Assembly (NCBI RefSeq): GCF_964213995.1
Contig: NC_135830.1
Span: 12,462,001 to 12,526,000 of the forward strand
Direction of reading: 5' to 3'
Origin: Mustelus asterias
Lineage: Eukaryota
Length of the DNA: 64,000 bases
In this document: in pieces, positions 50,046 through 59,666 of the stretch
Numbering within the stretch: the first letter of the stretch is position 1
How the letters are laid out: every line of letters begins with the position of its first letter
Notes under the pieces: generated by a model
What the model saw: the letters and a program-made list of their open reading frames with translations, nothing else
The model's database searches: none
What the model was told of the DNA's origin: nothing
Program-made: the position numbers and the translations under genes

Positions 50046-50552
50046 CTGGGAAAGAATAGTCGATTCAACAAGTTAGACTATTACCTGCGTTTATTAATTA
50101 ATCAAACATATTTATACAAGTATGTTTCTATATTAGGTATAGCTCTTGGGGCTAAAGGGATCAGTGGATATGGGTAGTAGGCGGGGTCAGGATATTATTG
50201 AGCCATGATCAAAGTGAATGGTGGAGCAGGGTCAAGGGGCCGAATGGCCTCCTCCTGCTTCTATTTTCTATGTTTCAACGTCACGATTTGACTAGAATTA
50301 TGAACTTAAGTGAATATTTCCCGATTAAAACCTACGCACACCTTTGAGCTGCTGTTACTCCTATCAGTTGGGAATCGCCATTTTTGTAGAAACTCACATC
50401 ACTGTCACCACCTCTATCAGATTGGAAAGACAAAAACATTTTGATGTCATCGTAATGACATACCATTCATTGGATTAACAGAGAAGAGTAAAGACTTTCT
50501 CCATTATTTCAGGCACTACCTATTTCTCAAACAACAGCACGTTGTGATGACG

Positions 50553-50932
50553 TAGGTTCTTTACCCAGAGGGTGGTGAGGGATTGGAATGCCCTGCCAGC
50601 ATCAGTTGTAAATGCGCCTAGTTTGGGGGCGTTTAAGAGATCCGTAGATAGGTTCATGGACGAAAAGAAATTGGTTTAGGTTGGAGGGTCACAGTTTTTT
50701 TTTTAACTGGTCGGTGCAACATCGTGGGCCGAAGGGCCTGTTCTGCGCTGTAATGTTCTATGTTCTATGTTCTATGTTCTATGAAGAAGTTGTCTCTTCA
50801 TTCATATCAGCCACTCACCTGATGAAAGAGCTCCAAAAGTTCGCAATTCCAAATAAGCGTGTTGGACTTTAACCTGGTGTTGTGAGACTCCTTACTGTGC
50901 CCACCCCAACCTAACGCCGGCATCTCCACATT
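50553..50932 (+). mobile_element. CR1 3' end (50553-50782) plus degenerate Penelope-like unit (50813-50932)
   Basis: (ttctatg)n tail; cactcacctgatgaa...cgccggcatctccacat. Confidence 0.8.
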
Positions 50933-51254
50933 GTAATTTTTGGATATTGCCTGTGTTCAAACTGACTGATGCCCCTTCCTCTCTCCAACTCACTGCCTCT
51001 CACTCCACAAAACGAAGATTAGTGACTTTCCTTCAGAAATACCTTCGGAATGAATACTTACTGAATGACCAGGAAACTGGAAATGTGATTACAAATTCAA
51101 AAAATTGCAACATTGACTAATTTAAGGGTCGTACATTAATAGCAAGAGTTGACCATTCGGACCCTGAAGTCTCCTCCATAGTTCACTGAGATTACAGATG
51201 ATCTGATTGTGGTGATAGCTCTATTTTGCACCTCCTCACTCCGCCCGTCGATCA

Positions 51255-51930
51255 CCCACTCTCTGCCCATTTTCCCTGGCTCTCTGCCCTTTCCCCTGGC
51301 TCTCTGCCATTCCCTGTGGCTCCTTTCCCCTTTCACCCGGCTCTCTGCACTTCCACCTGGCTCTCGACACTTCCCTCCAGCTCTGTGCCCTCTCCCCCGG
51401 CTCTCTGCCCTTTCCCTCAGCACCCTACCCTTTCCCCCGGCTCTCTGTCCTCTGTCCCTGCTCACTATTCTCTTTCCCCTTTCCCATGGCTCTCTGTCCT
51501 TTCCCCCGGCTCTCTGCCCTTCCCCCCTGACTCTCTGTCTTTCCCCCTGACTCTCTGCCCTTTCCCCAGGGCTCTTTTGCACTTTTCGTCGGCTCTCTGT
51601 CCTTTCCCCGCCCTCCTTGCCCTTTATCCTGGCTCTCTCCTCTTTCCCTGATCTCTCTGCCATTTCCTCCATCTCGCTGCCTTTTCTCCTGTTTCTCTGC
51701 CCTTTCACCTGGCTCCCTGCCCTTTCCATTGGCGCTCTTTCCCATTTCTCCTGGCTCTCTGCCCTTTCTCCTGGCTCTCTGCCCTTTCCCCCTGCTCTCG
51801 GCCCTTTCCCCAGACTCTGTGCCCTCCCCCCCCCCCCCCCCCCCGCCCCCAGCTCTCCGCCCTTTACCACGCCTCCTGTTCTCCCCGGCTCTTTGCCATT
51901 GTCCTTGGCCCTGAGCCCCCAGGGATTCCC
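51255..51930 (-). repeat. ~20-bp G-rich tandem array in the J-Cmu intron
   Basis: Repeated plus-strand GGCTCTCTGCCCTTTCCCCC (sense strand GGGGGAAAGGGCAGAGAGCC), roughly 30 degenerate units. Confidence 0.9.
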
Positions 51931-52034
51931 TCCAGCTCTCCACATTCCCAGGGCAGCTCCCACATTTGAAGACCAAACTGCTGCTTGAGATCTTTCTTCT
52001 CTCTCATCGCAGACCTCCACACACAGGTTTAGCG

Positions 52035-53180
52035 AGTGTGAGTGAGAGAATGTGAGTGTGTGAGGGTGAGTGATTGAAGGAGTGAAAGTGGATGAGTGAT
52101 GGTGTGTGAGTGATGGAAGGTGGGTAAGTGAGGGTGAGTGATTGAGTGTGAGTGAGTAAGTCTGGGTGAGGGTGAGAGAACGTGAGTAAATGAGGGTGTG
52201 TGAGAGAGGGTGGGTGAGTGAAGGTGGCTGAATGTGTGAGTGAAGGTGGGTGAGTGAGTGTCGGTAAGAGAGAATGAATGAATGAGGGTGAGCGAGTGAG
52301 GATGCGTGAAGGTTACTGAAGGTGGGTGAGTGAGAGCGAGTGAATGAGGGTGAGGAGTGAATGTGACTTAGTAAGTGAGGGTGAGAGAGTGAGTGAGTCA
52401 GGGTGTGTTATTGAGGGTGGTGTGAGAGTGTGTGAGGGAGAATAAATGCGGATGGGTGGATGAGTGAGGGTGAGTGAGTGAAGGTGTTTGAGTGAGGATG
52501 AGTGATTGAGGATCTGTGAGTTAGGGTGGGTGACCTTGAGTGATGGTGAATATGTGAGGGTGTATGAGTGAATGTAGGTGCGTGAGTCTCAGTGAGTTTG
52601 AATGGGTCAGGTGGCGTACGTGAGAGAGAGAGGGTGATTGAGCTTGAGTGTGTGGGGGTGCGTCTGGGTGAGTGAGGGTCGGTAAGTGGGGAGAGTGAGT
52701 GAGGGTGAGTGAGAGTGATTGAGACTGGATAAGTGAGGGAGGGTAAATGCGGTGAGTGAGTGAGAGTGATTGAGACTGGATGAGTGAAGGTGCGTAACTG
52801 GGGTGAGTGAGGGTGAGTGAGAGTGAGTGAGACTGGATAAGTGAGGGTGGGTAAGTAGGGTGAGTGAGTGAGAGTGAGTGAGACTGGGTGAGTGAGGGTG
52901 GGTTAGTGGGATGAGTGAATGAAGGTGACTATGAGTGTTGGTGAGTGACTGAGGCTCTGAGTGAGTGACTGAGGGTTAGTGAGTGAGGTTGAGTGAGTGA
53001 TAGCACGTGATTGTGGGTGGCTGAGTGACAGTGAGTGAATGGGGATGAGTAAGTGAGGATGTGTGAGGGTGAGAGAGTGTGAGTGAGTGCTGGTGAGTGA
53101 ATGAGGGTGTGAGTGTGAGTGAATGAGGGTGAGTGAGTGAATGCGAGTGAGTAAGTGGGGGGGGGGGGGGGGGCGGGGGG
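52035..53180. repeat. (GAGT/GAGGGT)n low-complexity tract ending in poly-G
   Basis: Continuous gagtgagggtgagt-type repeats. Confidence 0.9.
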
Positions 53181-53182
53181 AT

Positions 53183-53490
53183 GGTGGCACGGTGGCACTG
53201 TGATTAGCGCTGCTGCCTCAGAGTTGGATTCCCGACTTGGGTCACTGTCTGTGTGGAGTTTGCAAGTTCCCCCCATGTCTATTTGGGTTTCATTCGGGTG
53301 CTCCTGTTTCCTCCCACAGTCCAAAGATGTGCGGGTTCGGTGGATTAGCCGTGCTAAATTGCGCCTTAGTGTCAGGGTGACTAGTTAGGGTAAATACATG
53401 TGGTTATGGGGATCGGGATTGCTGTTGGTGCAGACTCGATGGGCTGAATGGCCTCCTTCTGCACTGTCGGATCCTATGATTCTATTCTAT
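53183..53490 (+). mobile_element. HE1-like SINE
   Basis: ggtggcacggtggcactgtgattagcgctgctgcctca...ctcccacagtccaaagatgtgcggg...tatgattctattctatg tail. Confidence 0.85.
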
Positions 53491-53519
53491 GATGTCAAGG
53501 ACAGACACTCTGACGTATG

Positions 53520-54780
53520 TGAGATGGAAAGTGTGTGAAAGGGTGTTTGGGTGTGTGTGTGTGAGAGAGAGAGAGAGAGTGAATGTGTGGGAGGGTGCCT
53601 GTGTGTGATAGACTACGTTTGCACGTGTGTAAGACAGTGGGCTGTGCGTGCAAGAGGGGAGAGTGTGTGTGCGAGAAAGGGTGTGTGAGATAATGTGTGT
53701 GTGTGAGAGAGCATGTGTTTGAAGAGTTATTCTTTGTGTGTGATAGTGTGTCTCACCTTGAAAGTGTGTGTGTGGAGGGGCGGGGAGAATGTATGAGAGA
53801 GTACTTCTGTGTGTGATTGAGTGTGTGTTTATGTGAAAAGAAGTGTGTCTATATGAGATACAGGGTGTCTGTGAAAGAGAGTGCGTGTGCTTGAGAAGGA
53901 GGGTCTGTGTGTGGGAGAGAGTGTTGTGTTCATGTGAAAGACAGTGTGTGCGAGAGGGAGTGCCTATTTGAAAGCAAAATAGTAGGTTCATGAGTGTGTG
54001 AAAGTGTGCATGGGATTGCGTGTGAGTGAGAAAGATGTGTACAATGTGTGTGGGTGATAGAAGCAATATTTTTGAGTGTGTGTGTGTGTGTGTGAGCGTG
54101 TGTGTCTGTGACAGAGAGAAAGAGTTTTTGTGTGTGAGAGAGAGGCGTTGTGTGTGGTTTATGTGGGTGAGAGTGTGTCAGACGCATGAGTGCTTTTGCA
54201 CGTGTGTGAGACAGTGGTCTGTGTGTGCAAGAGGAGAGAGTGTGCGTGAGAGAAAGGATATGTGATATCGCGAATGTGTGTGTGTGTGAGAGAGAGTGTG
54301 TGTTTGAAGAGATATTCTTTATGTGTGTGAGAGTGTCTCTGTTCTTCAAAGTGTGTGTGTGCGTGTGTGGAGGGGCGGGGAGAGTGTGAGCGAGAAAAAG
54401 TGTGAAAATTAGACAGAGTGGATGTGTGAGTGTGTGTGAGTGAAATAACGATTGAGAGAAAACGTGTCTGTGATAGGTGGAGTGTTTCAGAGAGATACAT
54501 TGTGTATACATGTGTGTTCGTGTGTGAGAGACGGAGAGAACTGTGGGCGTGTGAGAGAGAGTCTTTGTGAGAGACAGTGTTTGAGAGCAAGATTGTGCGT
54601 ATGTGAGATAATGTGTAAGGGAGTAAGCGTGTGAAAGAGAGAGAAATATGTGCCTGCGTGAGAGAATGCGTGTGGAAGTGTTCGTATGAGAGAGGGAGCA
54701 TGTGAATGAGTGTGAGACGAAGTGAGAGTACGGGAATGTGGGAGGGATAGTGCATGTGTGTGTGTGCGTGTGTGTGTGTG
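53520..54780. repeat. Degenerate (GT)/(GA) microsatellite tract with internal duplication
   Basis: ~53610-53800 recurs at ~54190-54390 (ttgcacgtgtgt..gacagtgg..gtgcaagagg; gtgtggagggcgggggaga-like). Confidence 0.85.
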
Positions 54781-54859
54781 TTTCCTGGCCCCAACACAGT
54801 GACCACGCGCACAGAAACAGAACAGACATAAACGGTGCAACAATCGAGTGCCCAGCAGA

Positions 54860-57800
54860 TAGATCTGTTCAATCTGTCAATTTCATTCAAACTGTTGGAT
54901 TCTAATTGATCAATGGCCAACTTACAACAACAGAAAATTAATAACCTATTTTAAATTAAACTGATATTCATTTCAAAACTCCTTTCGACTGTTAATTATT
55001 CCTCTGTCTCACTTCTCGAAAGCTATGTAAAAATGTAATTTCGCCGAAAATGAGCAATCAAAAATAACAGATTCAGGACAGTTCAATGTCCCTAACAGAG
55101 ATGCGGTGACACAGCAAGAAGTAACCAAATCAAGAAACATTTAGATTGAAAATCATTACCTGATTAGATCTAATTTCTTAATTAAATGTACTCAACAAAT
55201 TAATCAAAGCAAAGCACTTTATCGAGTGAGCACAGCTGAGTAAAGTAATGTTTTGTTTCTGAATACATTTCCGATACAATTGAATATTCTCTAAAACGGA
55301 TTGTATTTTGCACGCCTGTACAATATTCAAGGTAGTTTGTTTTGAATTAATCAGCAGCATTATTATATTTTAAGTTATTGTTAATTACTAGTTAGTTCTC
55401 CTGTCAGCTCATTTGTACTCTGTAATAAAATGGGTTTTCAATCATTCAAAATGTGCTTCTGCCTCCAACATTGTTAAATAATTAGGTTACAATTAAATCT
55501 TAGACAATGTTAAATATAATTTCAAATTACTGAACAGAAACATTCAGACATCTGTCATTCATTTACTTAAATCTAATCACATTGTAATATTTTACTTTTT
55601 CACTTTTACTACAAGTGTCTTATTATAACCTGCAAAAGTGTTAAAATTGCATACTGCTGAATATGTATAGACTGTAACGGCCTGGCAGTTTGAAGTCAAT
55701 AATACTGCTTCCAAGATTTAGTAATTTAGAACATCCATATAACTTAATTACTGAACACATTGTTTAATTAAAGAAGATCTGAATTAAACAGTGCAAACAC
55801 AAAGAGGACAATTGATTCAAATCCTCTGTAACACTAAAACATGATGCAGAATGTAAGTCCAGACTTTTTCTTCATTATAATATTTAATATGAATTAAACA
55901 TAAGGTTCAGATAGAATCAATTCTTCTATTCTGTCATTTATTCTTCCCATAATTCTATCCTGTGTTCAGCAGTAATGGGAGACATGATGTTATTATCAAG
56001 TGCAGAGATAAGATTATTTTTATAGTATTTATAATAGTATAATATTTTTATTTAAATTAATCTTTTTGAATTTCAAGCATTAACTTGTCCATCTCTAGCC
56101 AGTTTCTGTTGACACTTTACTACAATTCAAACACAATTATGTGAACAATTGCATGAGTGTCAGCGAATTCCACCTGTCAGAAAACTCTGTTCGCTCTGTC
56201 AAATTTATTCAAACTGTTTGATTCTAATTGATCTAAGGTCAAATTACAACTGCAAAAAAGTCAATAAAAAATTTAAATTAACCTGATGTTCATTTCAAAA
56301 CTCCCTTCGCCTTTTAACTATCTCTCCCTGTCTGTCTCAAATCATGAAAACTGGGCAAAAATGTATTTTTTCTGAAAATGAGCACCTCAAATATAACAGA
56401 TTCAGGGTAGTGTAATCTCCCTAACAGAGATACAGTGTCTCTGTAAGAATTGTAATTCATGATTTATTTTAATATGTAAGCATCAGTTAACTTGAATAAA
56501 AGTCCAAACATCTAATTATTTTATTTTTCCGAAACCTTTTTCCTTTATCCCTGCAAGAATTTTCAAACGCAGTTTTATTTTCATTTAGCCAGAAAACGTG
56601 TAACCGCTCAGTTTCACAGAGTTGAAACAATACAGAAACAATTGAGAAACACCAAACCATTTCACAAATTTTGAGATGAGATTAGTAATTAATTATCTCG
56701 GTATCCAATTACAAATTACTTGGAAGGAATAATCTGATTGCGACTGCACAGAAAGAAAATGTAATAATCGGATACATAAATTGCCAAAAAGCAACGTCTT
56801 ATTCTGCAAAACTCGTATTCCAGTGAATGCGAACTTAATCTGGGATATAACGACTAATGCAAAGTATCTTGTTGAATTGAGCGCTGCTATGGAAACAGCA
56901 CGTTATCATTGAAATAGTTTCTGGAATTATCACAAAATATTTCCAGCCCAGAAACTTTTCTGGTCATTTTAATTGAACAGAACTATTAGAGGTGATTAAT
57001 GAATAATGATATTAACATAAAAAAATCTTTGGTGAATATGGAGTTATATTGCCGATCAATAATTGTTTGATTTATCTTAATTTCATGATCAAATTGGTTA
57101 ATGAGAAGTTTGTGATTGCAGCAATGACTTAGTGTCCAAGTGAACTTTGTAAGTCATGATTTATTTTAATATTTAAACATTAGTTAAAATTTATAAAAAT
57201 GTTGTGATATCTTGATTTCATTTTTTTCCAAAACCTGCCTGTTTTCTACTACAAGGACTTTCAAACTCAGAGATTCTTTGCATTCAACCAGAAAACGTGT
57301 AACCGCTCAGTGCCGCCGAGTTTAAACAATGCAGAAACAATGCGGAAACACCAAATCACTTCGCAAATTTTAAACTATCATAGAATCTCCTGAACATAAA
57401 CACTCCAAAGCACATCACTGAGGGAATTATTCCGCTTCATGAAGAAGCAGCTCAATTATTCATTCAACATAATAAAATGTAACATTGCAAGAAAATCTCA
57501 ATATCGAATCCAGCAAAACAGCTCTTCACCAAATGTATGAATTATTAAACAAAACAGAAATCTGGAATAATAGCAATAGCATTGTGAAGAGATAGAATAT
57601 ATCCAACACATTAATATGGAAACTTTACCACATTTTATTCATATTGGATCATATTTCAAACATATTTAAACATTTGGATGGTAAAAGCTGCAGCAATCAC
57701 TGAGATTTAACATTGCAGGTTAACCAAATAGTGAATGCAGTGGCAAACTATATTCTGAACAAACTGCGTAAACTGTGATTTAGTTTAACCTGCAATTATC

Positions 57801-58335
57801 AATTATGATTTTCAAAAATGCCAATGGAATAAAGCCTGCCTGATTTCAACATATAATCATGCGTCAAGCAGTTTCAGACGCGAAGACTGTTTGTATTCAA
57901 TCACAAAGTGTGTAACAGCTGTGTCACCGAGATTAAATAATGCAGAATCGCCAAACCATTTCAAAAATTTTACTTATTCAAAGTCACCCAGACCCACAAT
58001 CTCCTCAACAGAAAAAATATATATCACTGAACCCCGCATAATGCAGAAGCAGCTCAATTCTACAAACGCTTTCAATAGAATCAAATGTAACATTGACAGC
58101 AAATCTCAAATTTAAATCCAGCCAATCCGCTCATCACCAAACTAATCAATTATTAAATTAACAGAAATATGTCAGAACCACACCGGCATTGCGAGTAAGC
58201 GGAATATGATCACTCAATTAATACAGAATCTTTAACACATTTTTAAAATATTGGGTTAGATTTCAAATGCGTGTGCAGCAGATGGCACAACCCGCAGCCA
58301 CTAGATGTCACCGAGTTTATACACTGCAGAAACAT
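54860..58335. repeat. Tandem segmental duplications in the J-proximal intron
   Basis: 54880-55130 ~ 56210-56445; cagaaaacgtgtaaccgctcagt block at ~56590 and ~57290 with a third copy ~57900; 57380-57720 ~ 57995-58330. Confidence 0.8.
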
Positions 58336-58634
58336 CGAACTGTTTAACAGAAGTTAGACAGTAACTTTTAAAGTAACCCAGCCACACAATGTCCTCAGCA
58401 GATAAACACCAAAATACAACAACCAAGGATTGAATCCCTCAGCATCGCCTTGTCAATTAACAGTATAATTTTATAACCCCCATTTTCAGCAGAATCACAT
58501 GAAACATTGTTCAGATTTTTAGTACAGAATCCGCCAAACCACATTTCAGTGAACGAATGAATTAATAAAATCGATAAAAAATATAAAACAAAAGCTCAAG
58601 TAAAACAGTTACTAAATAATTGCAAGGTTCTTAC

Positions 58635-58683
58635 CTGCAGTCACCGTCACCATGGTCCCTTGTCCCCAAGTAGTCAAAGTAGT
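58635..58683 (-). CDS. IGHJ: IgH J segment
   Basis: ACTACTTTGACTACTTGGGGACAAGGGACCATGGTGACGGTGACTGCAG|GTAAG; WGQGTMVTVTA; extra T shifts YFDY out of frame. Confidence 0.95.
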
Positions 58684-58722
58684 CACAGTGTCACATTCGC
58701 TTGGCTGGGTCATACAATAACT
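58684..58722 (-). other. J 23-RSS
   Basis: Minus strand AGTTATTGT + 23 nt + CACTGTG. Confidence 0.93.
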
Positions 58723-59048
58723 GGCTCTGCAAAAAATAGACAGAAAAGCCGCCATTATTTTAAATATTCACAAACCTGAGGAAAAGCAAAGTCAATTAAT
58801 ATTCATGAGATTATTATTGTATTTGTGGATACCGTTCGCTCTACATAAATAACCCTTATGTTTTGTATTTCACCGGGTATAACATGAACATGTTATTGAA
58901 AACACCAAATGATAATTGAACAGTTATCATAAATTTTCCATTTGATTCTCGCTGTTTGTACAGAGCTGGGCATAAATAATACAGCACTGCAAATAATGTT
59001 GGATGGTAAAACAGAGCACTGACCCAGTCTCGGTCAATTAGTGCTGAG

Positions 59049-59076
59049 GGTTTTTGTATTGACAGTAACTGATGTG
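59049..59076 (-). other. 12-RSS following the joined VD
   Basis: Minus strand CACATCA + GTTACTGTCAAT (12 nt) + ACAAAAACC. Confidence 0.9.
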
Positions 59077-59567
59077 CCACCCCAGACTCTTGCACAGTAA
59101 TAGATGGCGGTGTCTTCGGTCTTCAGCCTTGTCATCTCCAAAGAGAAGATATTGGTTGAAGTGTCTTTAGACGCAGTAAATCGATCCTTAATTGCTGGGG
59201 CGTAGCTGTTGCTGGATGAAGTACGGTAGTAAACCAGCCACTCCAGCCCCTGCCCGGGAACCTGTCGGATCCAGTACATGTAAGCGCTGCTAAGACTGAA
59301 GCCGCTGGTTTTACAGGTCAGTGTCAGGGAGCCTCCGGGACGCCCTGTCTCTGCCTCTGGCTGAGTCAACACAACCTGCGTCTGGACACCTGTAAAAATA
59401 GATCAAAAAACCCGAGGATTAATCCTGGTGTAATGATTTTTGACTCTGGAATATTACACAGATGGACTAAAACTGAGACAGGAACTGTGGGAGACTTAGA
59501 CAATGAAAAATAACTACTCACCGGATAAGAAAGTCAGCAACAAACTGAGAGAAATCGCCGACCTCAT
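59077..59567 (-). CDS. IGHV: IgM VH gene fused to D (leader 59522-59567, VD exon 59077-59389)
   Basis: Leader [15 protein letters not shown]; exon [48 protein letters not shown]...[32 protein letters not shown] followed by GTCTGGGGTGG and a 12-RSS instead of a 23-RSS. Confidence 0.96.
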
Positions 59568-59658
59568 CCTTCTGGTAAGTTGGGGGAAATGGTTGTGTCA
59601 GGAACTCAATGAACAAACCAACTCCCGGACTGTTGGATTCCGGTCCCAGTGAGCGGCA

Positions 59659-59666
59659 TTTAAATA
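59659..59666 (-). promoter_or_regulatory. VH TATA box
   Basis: TATTTAAA ~92 nt upstream of the ATG; no ATGCAAAT octamer seen nearby. Confidence 0.7.

Noticed and set aside
51136-54920. Long ORFs of 180-299 aa
   Set aside because: Products of tandem and low-complexity repeats that lack stop codons; no domain features.
42924-59567. IgW, IgNAR or IgM1gj identity for the Ig cluster
   Set aside because: Four C exons with shark Cmu motifs and tailpiece, a conventional VH with full FR2/CDR2, Cmu2 present and J unjoined.
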